DNA of 64,000 bases from an uncultured Gammaproteobacteria bacterium (lineage in GTDB: Bacteria; Patescibacteriota; Microgenomatia; UBA10105; UBA927), in the NCBI GenBank assembly GCA_964449585.1, contig CAYUZE010000002.1:52833-116832 (forward strand), written 5' to 3'. Shown here in pieces: positions 1-9,714 of this stretch (positions are counted from its first letter, which is position 1; every line of letters starts with the position of its first letter). Position numbers and translations under genes: made by a program. The notes under the pieces were generated by a model, which saw nothing but the letters and a program-made list of their open reading frames with translations, had not been told where the DNA came from and ran no database searches.

Positions 1-96
1 TTCGCAGATCGCTCCTTTTTGATATTTATATCTTACTCAAGAGTCCCTGGGCCATGATTTCGGGCAAAGGGGCGGTGTAAAGGGGAGCGTATGGGG

Positions 97-125
97 TTGA
101 CTTTTTCCCCCCAACACCCGACAAT
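97..125 (+). promoter_or_regulatory. sigma70-type promoter, probably leaderless
   Basis: TTGACT (97-102), 17 bp, GACAAT (120-125), then 6 nt to ATG at 132. Confidence 0.55.
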
Positions 126-131
126 AATTCC

Positions 132-2099
132 ATGGTTGAAGAACTCAAAAAAATTACGGTTGATACCAAACCCGATCCCATGATGCCGAAACCGAAAAAG
201 AAATTCCGTGCCGCATATGTCCTGATCCCGTTGGGGATTATCGTAGCCTTTGTCGCCATTGTGGGAGTGATGTTGCTTCCGCTGAGGGGGGTCATGGCGA
301 AGGCCAAAGACGTGGCGGCCATCGGTAGACAAACGGCGGAATCCCTCAAAAACCAGGATCTTGCCGCAACCAAGGACGGGTTAGCCAAAACCCGCGTGTC
401 GTTCACCGCACTTTCCGACGAATACAAAAAAGTGATGCCGCTTTCGTATGTGCCGTTTCTCGGTGCCTACATCAAAGACGGCGATCACGGGATCAAGGCG
501 GGATTTGCCGCATTAGATGCCGCAGATCGTGCGATCGAGGCGTTGGAACCCAATGCCGACTTACTGGGATTTACCGGCGGGAGTAAATTCGTACAGGGAT
601 CCGCCGATGAGCGCATCCAGGTGGCGGTCAAGACCATGAAGGCGTTAACCCCCAAGATCAACGAAATGTCCACCGCCATCGATATCCTGCGCAAGGAAAT
701 CGATCAAATCGATCCGAACAGATACCCAACCAAGGTGGGCAAGACGGTTGTGAGGGCGCGACTTGTCGAGATGAAGGACGTCATCGATAACGCCGCAAAC
801 CTTTTTGTGAACGCCCAACCGCTCTTAGTCAATCTTCCGGCTATGTTGGGAGAGCCTTCCATGCGCCGATATCTTGTCCTTTTCCAAAACGACAAAGAGC
901 TTCGCTCCACCGGCGGATTTTTGACGGCATATGCTGTCTTCCGCATCGAAAAAGGGAAAATGATTCTTGAGAAGGCGACCAATATCTATGATTTGGATGA
1001 CGCATTGAAAAAGAAATTCCCCGCCCCGCGTGAGATTACGACGTTTCACAAGAACGTCTATAACCTCTATATCCGTGACAGCAACCTGAGTCCCGACTAC
1101 AAGGTTTCCATGCAGAAGTTTTTGGAAATGTATGAAACCGCGGCGGGGGTTGAAGATGTTGACGGCATCATCGCCGTTGACACCCATGTGTTGGTGGAAG
1201 CGTTAAAGATACTGGGCCCTGAAACCATCGGGGGACGCGTGTTTTCAGCCGATACCGATAAACGCTGTGATTGTCCGAGAGCGGTATATGAACTGGAAGA
1301 CTATTCGACCCGTCCGGTGAACTACGTCCGAACGGAACGCAAAGACATCATCGGCATTCTGCTCCAACAGCTCATGCAAAAAGCGCTCGGGGTGTCTCCT
1401 TCGCAATACTGGGGCAAACTGTTCCAGATGTTGCTTGCCGAAGTGAACGAAAAGCATGTCTTGGCATTCCTCATAAAGCCAGAAGAACAGAAAGCGGCCG
1501 AAAGCTTTAACATGGCCGGTCGTATCATGACGGCCTCCGAAACGGCCGCACTCCTTGCCTACAAAGAAAATGCAGGATGGGATTATGTCCACGTCAATAA
1601 CAGCAACATGGCGGGCGCAAAATCCAACATGTTCGTGAGTGAAAAGGTCACCAAGGATGTCACCGTGAACGGTTCTACGGTAACAACCAAACTTACCGTC
1701 GACTATAAAAACCCGTATAAGGGGAGCGACTGCGGCTTGGAAAGCGGAGGACTCTGTCTTAACGCGCCGCTTCGGAACTGGGTGCGTGTCTATGCGCCCG
1801 AAGGAAGTAAGCTTGTCGAAAGCAAGGGAATCATCTCACCTACCGACGGCAAGGCAAAACCCATGGACACCTATAACGATCTCGGAAAGACCGTGTTTGA
1901 AGGATTCCTGATCGTCAATCCGTTGGGAACCGCGCGTATGGAACTTACCTATACCTCGGAAATCAAATCAGACGACGGGAAATACCGGCTTCTTATTCAA
2001 AAACAGCCGGGCACCGACGGACAGGAATGGGTCATCCGATTGGGCGGCAAAGACCGAAAGAAAATCATCCTGGATACCGATACTGAAGTAACGCTCTAA
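132..2099 (+). CDS. DUF4012-family membrane-anchored protein
   Basis: N-terminal TM helix, helical region, motifs YLVLFQNxxELRSTGGF, DSNLSPD and VDGIIAVD. Confidence 0.8.
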   Translation: MVEELKKITVDTKPDPMMPKPKKKFRAAYVLIPLGIIVAFVAIVGVMLLPLRGVMAKAKDVAAIGRQTAESLKNQDLAATKDGLAKTRVSFTALSDEYKKVMPLSYVPFLGAYIKDGDHGIKAGFAALDAADRAIEALEPNADLLGFTGGSKFVQGSADERIQVAVKTMKALTPKINEMSTAIDILRKEIDQIDPNRYPTKVGKTVVRARLVEMKDVIDNAANLFVNAQPLLVNLPAMLGEPSMRRYLVLFQNDKELRSTGGFLTAYAVFRIEKGKMILEKATNIYDLDDALKKKFPAPREITTFHKNVYNLYIRDSNLSPDYKVSMQKFLEMYETAAGVEDVDGIIAVDTHVLVEALKILGPETIGGRVFSADTDKRCDCPRAVYELEDYSTRPVNYVRTERKDIIGILLQQLMQKALGVSPSQYWGKLFQMLLAEVNEKHVLAFLIKPEEQKAAESFNMAGRIMTASETAALLAYKENAGWDYVHVNNSNMAGAKSNMFVSEKVTKDVTVNGSTVTTKLTVDYKNPYKGSDCGLESGGLCLNAPLRNWVRVYAPEGSKLVESKGIISPTDGKAKPMDTYNDLGKTVFEGFLIVNPLGTARMELTYTSEIKSDDGKYRLLIQKQPGTDGQEWVIRLGGKDRKKIILDTDTEVTL

Positions 2100-2106
2100 G
2101 CTCTTC

Positions 2107-2676
2107 ATGACCGCTCCTCGGGTATATAAGGCGGAGGGGATAATCCTCAAACGGAAAAATATCGGTGAAGCCGATAGGATACTCACTGTTTTTACCAGAG
2201 AATACGGCAAGCTCCGGGCAGTCGCCAAGGGGATTCGCAAAACGAGTAGCCGGAGAGCCTCACATCTGGAAGTCTTTAATCGGGTAAGCGTCGTATTGCA
2301 TGTGGGGAAAACCTTTGATCATCTTTCGGAAGTAACCACCATTGAACCCTACGAGCAGTTGAGAAGCGATTTGGCACGGGTGAGTATGGCATATTACATT
2401 GCCGAACTTATCGATAGTTTGCTTCCCGAGCGTCAGGAACAGGCGGATGTTTTTGTGCTTTTTTGTAACGCCATGGAATCGATTCGGAGCGGGGCGGTTT
2501 CCGGTATCTATAAAACGGGAAAGGATTTTACGCTTTCGCTGTTGTGGACGTTGGGATTTTTGCCCGAAGGCAAGGTGCTAACGGGACAGAAACTGCAGGA
2601 TTTTATAGAAACAATCACCGAACGGCGGATCAAAAGCACCGATTTTGCGAAATTGTTGATAGCGCGAAAGGCTTGA
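2107..2676 (+). CDS. recO: DNA repair protein RecO
   Basis: EGIILK..GEADRILTVFTREYGKLRAVAKGIRK OB-fold N-terminus. Confidence 0.92.
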   Translation: MTAPRVYKAEGIILKRKNIGEADRILTVFTREYGKLRAVAKGIRKTSSRRASHLEVFNRVSVVLHVGKTFDHLSEVTTIEPYEQLRSDLARVSMAYYIAELIDSLLPERQEQADVFVLFCNAMESIRSGAVSGIYKTGKDFTLSLLWTLGFLPEGKVLTGQKLQDFIETITERRIKSTDFAKLLIARKA

Positions 2677-2701
2677 CGGGGAGTATTGCTTGGGTTAGAC
2701 T
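2673..2701 (+). promoter_or_regulatory. sigma70 promoter for the glyS leader
   Basis: TTGACG (2673-2678), 17 bp, TAGACT (2696-2701). Confidence 0.7.
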
Positions 2702-2711
2702 GAACAGGAAA

Positions 2712-2846
2712 CGCGATGATCCCGCCGGCACCGGAGGAGCGATATAACATAAATGAAGCTGTCCCGCCGCGGCGGGAAAGTAGGGTGGAACCGTCCAAAG
2801 ATGTAATGGACCCCTATCACAATAGTATTGTGGTGGGGGATTTTTT
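2712..2846 (+). ncRNA. T-box riboswitch (Gly) with ultra-short Stem I
   Basis: K-turn CGC-GAT-GA...GA-GCG; GGC (2727-2729) in hairpin loop; Stem III 2762-2777; T-box TAGGG-TGGAACC-GTCCA pairing with TGGAC-CCCTA; overlapping terminator. Confidence 0.85.
2811..2846 (+). terminator. T-box attenuator terminator upstream of glyS
   Basis: CCCCTATCACAA...TTGTGGTGGGG stem followed by ATTTTTT. Confidence 0.8.
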
Positions 2847-2859
2847 ATAGGAGGCATAT

Positions 2860-4239
2860 ATGGCAACGCTCGATGAAATTACCAGTCTGTGTAAAAGGCG
2901 CGGGTTTGTGTATCCGACAAGCGAGATATACGGGGGGCTGATGAGTTCGTATGATTACGGTCCGTTAGGCACCGAGCTTTTGCGCAATATCAGAAATGCC
3001 TGGTGGGATACGTTTATCCGCGACCGGAGCGATATGGTGGGACTTGATTCACAGATTTTACTGCATCCCGAAACCTGGGTGGCGTCAGGACATGTGGGAT
3101 CGTTCAGTGATCCGCTGGTTGAGGACGCCAAAACCCACAAACGGTTCCGTGCGGATCATGTCATCGAGGCATGGCAAAAGGAACATCCTGAAGATACGAC
3201 CGTGGTTGAAGACTTAACCGTAGAGCAGATGGGCGAATTTATCAAAGCGCACGGTATCAAAAGTCCCGACGGGAACCCGCTTTCGCAACCCAAGCAGTTT
3301 AACTTGCTCTTTGAGACCAAGTTAGGTGTGGTGGAAGGCGAAAAGTCCAAGCTCTACCTTCGCGGGGAGACGGCGCAGGGGATATTTACCAATTTCAAAA
3401 ACATCATTAACTCGAACAGGGTAACGCTTCCGTTCGGTGTGGGACAGATCGGGAAGTCATTTCGTAACGAGATTACGACGGGTCAATTTATTTTCCGGAC
3501 GCTTGAGCTGGAGCAGGGAGAGATCGAATACTTCTTTGATCCCGAAACCACTCATTGGGAAGCATTGTTTAAATCCTGGCAGGATGCTATGTGGCATTTT
3601 GTCACCAAGAAAATGGGGATTAAGGAAGAAAATGTCAGATGGCGACGCCATACGGATAAAGAACGAAGCTTCTACAGTAAGGAAACTTACGATCTGGATT
3701 ACCAATTTCCGTTCGGATGGAAAGAACTGTGGGGGATCGCCTATCGAACCGACTATGACCTTACGCAACAAGCCAAGCATTCGGGTGCGGATCTTTCCTG
3801 GGTGGATTCCGCAACGGGCAGAAAATTTGTGCCGCATGTGATCGAGCCTGCAGTAGGGATCAACCGGTTGTTTTTGATGGTCCTTGCCGATTCGTACGAA
3901 CAGCAGGAAAAGCGTATCGTCCTGCATCTTTCTCCGACACTCGCGCCGTATAAGGTTGCCGTGTTCCCGCTGGTGGCCAATAAACCCGATTTGGTAGCCA
4001 AAGCGCGTGAAGTGCACGATATGCTCAAAAAACATATGTCGGTCGCGTGGGACGAGCGGGGCAATATCGGAAAACGCTACCTGTCGCAGGATGAGGCGGG
4101 AACCCCGTGGTGCGTCACCATCGATTATGGTACGCTAGAAAACGGGATGGTAACCGTGCGTGACCGCGACACCATGTTGCAGGATCACGTGAACGTTTCC
4201 GATCTTTTAGTCTATTTTCAGCAAAAGCTGGGAGCATAA
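2860..4239 (+). CDS. glyS: Glycine--tRNA ligase, alpha2 (eukaryote/archaea-like) type
   Basis: KRRGFVYPTSEIYGG, YDYGPLG, LRGETAQG, GKSFRNEI, VIEPAVG; GGAGG SD. Confidence 0.97.
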   Translation: MATLDEITSLCKRRGFVYPTSEIYGGLMSSYDYGPLGTELLRNIRNAWWDTFIRDRSDMVGLDSQILLHPETWVASGHVGSFSDPLVEDAKTHKRFRADHVIEAWQKEHPEDTTVVEDLTVEQMGEFIKAHGIKSPDGNPLSQPKQFNLLFETKLGVVEGEKSKLYLRGETAQGIFTNFKNIINSNRVTLPFGVGQIGKSFRNEITTGQFIFRTLELEQGEIEYFFDPETTHWEALFKSWQDAMWHFVTKKMGIKEENVRWRRHTDKERSFYSKETYDLDYQFPFGWKELWGIAYRTDYDLTQQAKHSGADLSWVDSATGRKFVPHVIEPAVGINRLFLMVLADSYEQQEKRIVLHLSPTLAPYKVAVFPLVANKPDLVAKAREVHDMLKKHMSVAWDERGNIGKRYLSQDEAGTPWCVTIDYGTLENGMVTVRDRDTMLQDHVNVSDLLVYFQQKLGA

Positions 4240-4248
4240 GGAGGACCT

Positions 4249-4728
4249 ATGCAAGCACTTATGAAACATAAAATGACCCTGTTATACGCAACATTGGCGA
4301 TTCTCGTGGTTGTCACGGGAGTCGTCGTCTATAAAGTGGTGGCGCCGTCTGCAGAACCCGCCCCGGTTCCTGAGGAAGAAGTAGTGGAAAACCTTCCCGA
4401 AGCGGATGCCTCGATCGTTGTTGATGCAAGTTTCAGCAAGGTCAAAGACAATACGGTCGTACTCAAGGTGAGTGCCTTGGGAAGCAAATATACCACGGTG
4501 GGCTACGAGTTAACCTATGATAGCCAGGGGCTTATCAAGGGAGTGAATTCGGGAAGCAAACCGGTGGAAGTGGCGGGACAGGACGGATTTGAACGGGAAG
4601 TGTACTTGGGGACCTGTTCACGTAACGTGTGTAAGCCTGATTTGGGCGTGACCAAGGTCACGATTGTCATGGAATTTACGGATACAGCGGGAAAAAAGAG
4701 TCAGTTTAGTAAGGATTTTGATCTGTAA
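4249..4728 (+). CDS. Hypothetical membrane-anchored protein
   Basis: AGGAGG SD, N-terminal TM helix, GTCSRNVC motif. Confidence 0.75.
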   Translation: MQALMKHKMTLLYATLAILVVVTGVVVYKVVAPSAEPAPVPEEEVVENLPEADASIVVDASFSKVKDNTVVLKVSALGSKYTTVGYELTYDSQGLIKGVNSGSKPVEVAGQDGFEREVYLGTCSRNVCKPDLGVTKVTIVMEFTDTAGKKSQFSKDFDL

Positions 4729-4750
4729 CACAGAATTTTGCGAGACGATT

Positions 4751-4777
4751 AAAAACCCACCAATCGGTGGGTTTTTT
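4751..4777. terminator. Intrinsic terminator, possibly bidirectional
   Basis: AAAAACCCACC-AATC-GGTGGGTTTTTT. Confidence 0.85.
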
Positions 4778-4829
4778 GTTTGCTCATTTATTTCCGCTTG
4801 CCTCTGCGCCTGATTCATTTCACACCATG

Positions 4830-4906
4830 GTGGGGAAAACCCGTGAAACACCCCTTGACACGGCGTGAAAAATGGGTAACTATGGATATTAGTGGGAAGA
4901 AGTGGT
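4830..4906 (+). promoter_or_regulatory. dcw promoter with putative MraZ boxes
   Basis: TTGACA 4855-4860; GTGGG 4892 and GTGGT 4902 at 10-bp spacing; another GTGGG at 4830. Confidence 0.6.
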
Positions 4907-4917
4907 AGATTAGAGTC

Positions 4918-5319
4918 ATGAATTTGTTCCTGGGGGAATACGAACACAGCTTGGATGATCGGGCCCGCGTGACGCTCCCGAGAAAGATACGGCAAGAGAT
5001 AACCGGTGAGGAAGTGGTACTGGCCAGAGGGTACGAGGGATGTATTTTCGGATTTGATAAGGAAAGTTGGGAACGCGAAGCGGGAAAGCACCTTGACACA
5101 CCGGTAACCGATGAAAAAGGGAGACAAGTACGAAGGTACCTGTTTGCCGGAGCCCAAAAGGTCGAAATTGATAAGTTGGGGCGGATATTACTGCCCGCAC
5201 AACTTAAAGACCACGGCCAGATTAAGCGGGAACTCAAAGTCATCGGAGCCGGAGACCATTTTGAGATTTGGGATACGGCGCGTTGGGAAGCGTATGCCAA
5301 GGATCTCGGAACCGTATGA
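4918..5319 (+). CDS. mraZ: Transcriptional regulator MraZ
   Basis: FLGEYEHSLDD..R and DKLGRILLP duplicated AbrB-like motifs; GAGDHFEIW. Confidence 0.95.
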   Translation: MNLFLGEYEHSLDDRARVTLPRKIRQEITGEEVVLARGYEGCIFGFDKESWEREAGKHLDTPVTDEKGRQVRRYLFAGAQKVEIDKLGRILLPAQLKDHGQIKRELKVIGAGDHFEIWDTARWEAYAKDLGTV

Positions 5320-6215
5320 GGACACACCACATATCGGTTTTGAGAGACGAAGCAATCGCCGCCCTGAATGTTACGGCTGGGAAACAATACATTGATGCGA
5401 CGGTAGGCGCCGGGGGACATGCTTCGGAAATCATAAAAAGAGGAGGAGTGCTCTTGGGTATCGATCAGGATACGACGGCACTCGAATTGGCAAGAGAACG
5501 ACTGGACAACGAACACGCGACGGGAACATTTACATTGGTACACGGGAACTTTCGGGAAATCGTAAGACTCGCACGCGAGCACGGGTTTAACGAAGTTTCG
5601 GGAATTTTGTTTGATCTTGGGGTATCGAGTATGCAGTTAGATACACCCGAGCGGGGAATGAGCTTTCGGTTCACCGATGCTCCCCTTGACGGACGTATGG
5701 ATCCGTCAGGAGGAGACACTGCTGCCCAATTGGTTAACCGAAGTACGGAAAACGAACTCTATGACATTTTTAGTAACTATGGCGAAGAACAGTTGGCTCG
5801 CACAATTGCTCACGCTTTTGTCGGCGCCCGTTCGATAAAGCCCATTACCACCGTGGGTGATGTGGTGAAAATTATCGAAACGATCGTGCCGGGAGAAGAA
5901 CAGAGACACGGGGTTTTGGCAAGAGTATTTCAGGGAATGCGGATTGCGATAAACGATGAACTAGGAAGCTTACGGGAGGGACTAACCGGCGCAAAAGAGC
6001 TGCTGGTTCCGGGAGGGAAACTGGTCGTTATCAGTTTCCATTCGCTCGAGGACCGCATCGTGAAGTTATTTATGCGGAAAGCCGGGTGGGAAGTGGAAAC
6101 GGTACATCCCATACGGCCGACCGATGAAGAAGCGGAAAACAACCGGAGAAGCCGAAGTGCAAAATTACGAATAGCAACAAAACAAAACCATGAAACGCCT
6201 GCTACGAATCGCTGA
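5316..6215 (+). CDS. rsmH: 16S rRNA C1402 methyltransferase RsmH
   Basis: HISVL, DATVGAGGHA, DLGVSSMQLD, ISFHSLEDRIVK; ATGA overlap with mraZ. Confidence 0.96.
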   Translation: MRTHHISVLRDEAIAALNVTAGKQYIDATVGAGGHASEIIKRGGVLLGIDQDTTALELARERLDNEHATGTFTLVHGNFREIVRLAREHGFNEVSGILFDLGVSSMQLDTPERGMSFRFTDAPLDGRMDPSGGDTAAQLVNRSTENELYDIFSNYGEEQLARTIAHAFVGARSIKPITTVGDVVKIIETIVPGEEQRHGVLARVFQGMRIAINDELGSLREGLTGAKELLVPGGKLVVISFHSLEDRIVKLFMRKAGWEVETVHPIRPTDEEAENNRRSRSAKLRIATKQNHETPATNR

Positions 6216-6513
6216 AATACTTCTGCCCATTACCGCTATCGTCCTTCTTATCGTCCAGGTCATCATCTCCAATGAACTTGCCACACTCGGCAAAAAAATG
6301 GCTTCTCTTGATCACGACGTCCGCATAGAGAATGAGGCTCGTGAATCACTTACCATAGCCGTTGCCTCCGCCTCGTCGTTGTTACAGCTTCGTGAACGCG
6401 CGCTAGCCGAAGGATTCGTCGAGCCTACCACCAAACAGATTCTTAACCTATCGTTACAGGTACCGGTCGCATTGGATACCGGTCATAACGCGCTACTTAC
6501 CCCGGTACAGTAG
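6190..6513 (+). CDS. Putative FtsL-like cell division protein
   Basis: Single TM plus coiled coil, located between rsmH and the PBP gene. Confidence 0.6.
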   Translation: MKRLLRIAEILLPITAIVLLIVQVIISNELATLGKKMASLDHDVRIENEARESLTIAVASASSLLQLRERALAEGFVEPTTKQILNLSLQVPVALDTGHNALLTPVQ

Positions 6514-6537
6514 TGCTGTCCGTGGTAGGATAATGGA

Positions 6538-8223
6538 ATGGGCACTACACAGCGTCGCTCCTCACTGCTTTTTACCTTGTTTGCGATCGGATTCTCGCTG
6601 GTTATCATGCGTCTTTTTTACTGGCAGATTATTTCGGGAGCAAGGCTCCAAAAAGCCGCCGCCAATCAGCACTTCATACAATTTACGGTTCCCGCCGCCC
6701 GCGGCGAAATTCTGGACAGCAAATACGCACCGATTGTGGTAAATCAGCCCGCCTATGTGGTGTACGGCGAGCCGAGAACCATCACGGATGTCCGGGATTT
6801 TTCGGAAAAGGTGGCCAAAATTTTAGGACTTGATCCCGTCAAGATGGCGACGGATTTATCCGATACAGCCCGGGGGTGGGTGCCGTTTGCCCCCAACGTC
6901 GAACTGCCCGTGGTAACCGAGCTCAAGGCGTTACAATTAAGCGGTTTGGGATTTGAGAAAGAACCAAAGCGGTTTTATCCCGAGGCTTCGACGGCGGCTC
7001 ACCTCACGGGGTTTGTGGGGAGCGATGTCAACGGTTCGGACAAAGGGTACTTTGGTCTGGAAGGGTATTACGATAGACAGCTCCGCGGTATAGACGGTTC
7101 CCGAAGACTCGAAAAAGACGCCCACGGTGCCCCTATCCTTATCAGTCAGGAAGATCGGATATCGCCCGAGGATGGACGCACCTTGGTGTTATGGATGGAT
7201 AAAGTGGTGCAACAGATCGTGGAACGGCGACTTAAGGAAGGCATGGAACGGTACGGGGCGAAGGAAGGCAACATCGTGGTCATGGATCCTTCTACCGGAG
7301 GCATTCTTGCCATGGCGGCATTCCCCAACTATGACGCACGGAATTTTTCAGCGTTTGATAAATCCCTATACAAAAATCCCATTGTGGGAAGTTCGTTTGA
7401 GCCAGGAAGTACGTTTAAGGCTCTCATTATGGCCTCGGCTATTGATGAAAACCTGGTTGAGCCCGATACCGTCATGGACGAAGACGCGCCGGTTGAAGTG
7501 GGACCGTATAAAATCCGCACCTGGAATAACCAATATCACGGCAAAATAACGATGACCCAGGTGCTTGAGTACTCCAGTAACGTCGGTATGGTCTATGTGG
7601 CGAAAAAATTAGGCAAGGATAAACTCATAAGCGCGATTAAAAAATACGGCTTCGGCAAGATAACGCGCATAGACCTTGAGGACGAGGCCTCTCCCGATCT
7701 GCGTGCCGATAAAGAGTGGGGTGAAGTCGACCAATATACCGCATCGTTCGGCCAGGGTATCGCGGTAACTCCCGTGCAGATGGTACGCGCAATAGCCGCG
7801 CTCGCCAACGGCGGAAAGCTCATGGAGCCGCATGTTGTGAAGGAAATACGGGAAGCAACGGGAAAAACCATCACCATCCCGCCCAAAACGGTGCAACAGG
7901 TGCTCAAGCCGGAAACCGCGCGGATTGTCACCGAAATGATGGTGGCGGCCGTCGATAACGGTGAAGCGAAATGGGCAAAACCCAAAGGCTATCGGGTCGC
8001 GGGGAAAACCGGAACGGCACAGATCCCCATTGCAGGGCATTACGATGCTACAAAAACCATCGCTTCATTTGTGGGGTTTGCTCCCGCAGATAATCCGCGC
8101 TTTGTTATGTTGGTGACGCTTCGCGAGACCACGAGTTCTCCCTGGGGATCGGAGACCGCCGCACCGCTGTTTTTTACGATTGCGCGTGATCTGTTCACGT
8201 ACTGGGGAATTCCTCCTCAGTAA
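6538..8223 (+). CDS. ftsI: Class B penicillin-binding protein (FtsI/PBP3)
   Basis: RGEILD, RFYP, EPGSTFK (SxxK), SSN, KTGT. Confidence 0.92.
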   Translation: MGTTQRRSSLLFTLFAIGFSLVIMRLFYWQIISGARLQKAAANQHFIQFTVPAARGEILDSKYAPIVVNQPAYVVYGEPRTITDVRDFSEKVAKILGLDPVKMATDLSDTARGWVPFAPNVELPVVTELKALQLSGLGFEKEPKRFYPEASTAAHLTGFVGSDVNGSDKGYFGLEGYYDRQLRGIDGSRRLEKDAHGAPILISQEDRISPEDGRTLVLWMDKVVQQIVERRLKEGMERYGAKEGNIVVMDPSTGGILAMAAFPNYDARNFSAFDKSLYKNPIVGSSFEPGSTFKALIMASAIDENLVEPDTVMDEDAPVEVGPYKIRTWNNQYHGKITMTQVLEYSSNVGMVYVAKKLGKDKLISAIKKYGFGKITRIDLEDEASPDLRADKEWGEVDQYTASFGQGIAVTPVQMVRAIAALANGGKLMEPHVVKEIREATGKTITIPPKTVQQVLKPETARIVTEMMVAAVDNGEAKWAKPKGYRVAGKTGTAQIPIAGHYDATKTIASFVGFAPADNPRFVMLVTLRETTSSPWGSETAAPLFFTIARDLFTYWGIPPQ

Positions 8224-8229
8224 CATAGA

Positions 8230-8453
8230 GCGCTGACCACTTTGGGACAAAACCTGCGGTTTTTTCCCAACGATTTTCCCTTCAGATGAACGATTGTGGA
8301 AGAGGCTTCCTCGGGCGCTGACCACTTTGGGACAAAACCTGCGGTTTTTTCCCAACGATTTTCCCTTCAGATGAACGATTGTGGAAGAGGCTTCCTCGGG
8401 CGCTGACCACTTTGGGACAAAACCTGCGGTTTTTTCCCAACGATTTTCCCTTC
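8230..8453. repeat. 85-bp tandem repeat, about 2.6 identical copies, hairpin-rich
   Basis: Units start at 8230, 8315 and 8400; each has TTGGGACAAAACC-TGC-GGTTTTTTCCCAA. Confidence 0.95.
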
Positions 8454-8529
8454 CACCGGATGAAACAGGCGTGGGCGCTTTGAGCGTGCTTTTTTGCTCT
8501 TGTCGGCTTACTTTCGGTATAATAGCCTC

Positions 8530-9714
8530 ATGCTACGAACCCTCAAGGGGCTCTACCATCTCGCGGTGGCTATTGTGGCCAATATCTGGTTTCGGTTTCC
8601 GAGCCGGTCACTCACGGTTATCGGTATCACGGGTACGGACGGGAAAACCACCACGACCACGATGGTGTATGAAATTTTGAAAAAAGCCAAGGTAAAAGCC
8701 TCCATGATTACCTCGGTGCACGCGGTGATTGCGGGGCGTTCCTATGACACGGGATTCCATGTCACCACCCCCACCGCCTGGTGGGTACAGCGGTATCTGC
8801 GGGAGGCGGTGGATCACGGCGACACCCACATGGTACTTGAAGTTACGTCCCACGCCCTAAGTCAGTACCGGGTGTTCGGCGTTCGATTTGCCGTGGGAGC
8901 GATCACCAATATCACGCACGAACATCTTGATTGGCACGGTACGTTTGAAAACTATCGGAAAACCAAACTTACCCTGCTTTCGCAGGCAAAAGTTGCCGTC
9001 ATAAACCGCGATGAAGCAAACGTTTATATGGCGGGCATGCCGTATCTTACCAAGAAACGCTACATCACTTACGGCATACGCCGCGACAGTATGGTGAATC
9101 CCAAAACTCATCCCGTGCGCCTCAAGATCCCCGGTATGTTCAACCGATATAACGCGCTTGCCGCGCTTGCCGTAGCGGATGCTTTGGGTATTTCCCGTTC
9201 CGTTTCGCTTTCTGCCCTCAAGCATTTTTCGGGGGTGGTGGGGAGGATGCAGGTCATCGCGGAAAAACCGTTCAAGGTTATTGTTGATTTTGCCCACACT
9301 CCCAACGCATTGGAAAAAGCGCTTTCAACGGTGCGAAAGATGACGCGAAAACGCCTGATTCACGTGTTCGGAAGCGCGGGACTTCGGGATCAGTCAAAAC
9401 GGCCGTTGATGGGAGCCGCATCGGCAAAGTACGCCAACTGTATCGTATTAACCGAGGAGGATTTCCGCACCGAAAACGTCGAGGATATCATGGATGCCAT
9501 CGCAAAAGGCATTCCCGAGGGCAAAGAAGTTCATCGGTACCCCAATCGCAAAGACGCGGTCGTATTTGCGTTTTCGCAGGCCAAACCGGGGGATATCGTC
9601 ATATTGACCGGAAAAGGTCACGAACAAAGTTTGTGTCGCGGGACAAAGGAATATCCCTGGAGTGATGCGTCTGCGGCAAAAAAGCTTTTGGCAAAGCGGA
9701 AGAAATCACGATGA
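8530..9714 (+). CDS. murE: MurE-family ligase, short form lacking the N-terminal domain
   Basis: GITGTDGKTTT, EVTSHAL, ITHEHLDWH, DFAHTPNA, GKGHE; TATAAT 6 nt before ATG. Confidence 0.88.
   Translation: MLRTLKGLYHLAVAIVANIWFRFPSRSLTVIGITGTDGKTTTTTMVYEILKKAKVKASMITSVHAVIAGRSYDTGFHVTTPTAWWVQRYLREAVDHGDTHMVLEVTSHALSQYRVFGVRFAVGAITNITHEHLDWHGTFENYRKTKLTLLSQAKVAVINRDEANVYMAGMPYLTKKRYITYGIRRDSMVNPKTHPVRLKIPGMFNRYNALAALAVADALGISRSVSLSALKHFSGVVGRMQVIAEKPFKVIVDFAHTPNALEKALSTVRKMTRKRLIHVFGSAGLRDQSKRPLMGAASAKYANCIVLTEEDFRTENVEDIMDAIAKGIPEGKEVHRYPNRKDAVVFAFSQAKPGDIVILTGKGHEQSLCRGTKEYPWSDASAAKKLLAKRKKSR

Noticed and set aside
4841-4850. parS site (CGTGAAACA)
   Set aside because: Half-site only; no full palindrome noticed
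8230-8453. CRISPR array
   Set aside because: The would-be spacers are identical, the repeat would be 54 bp, and no cas genes are in the window
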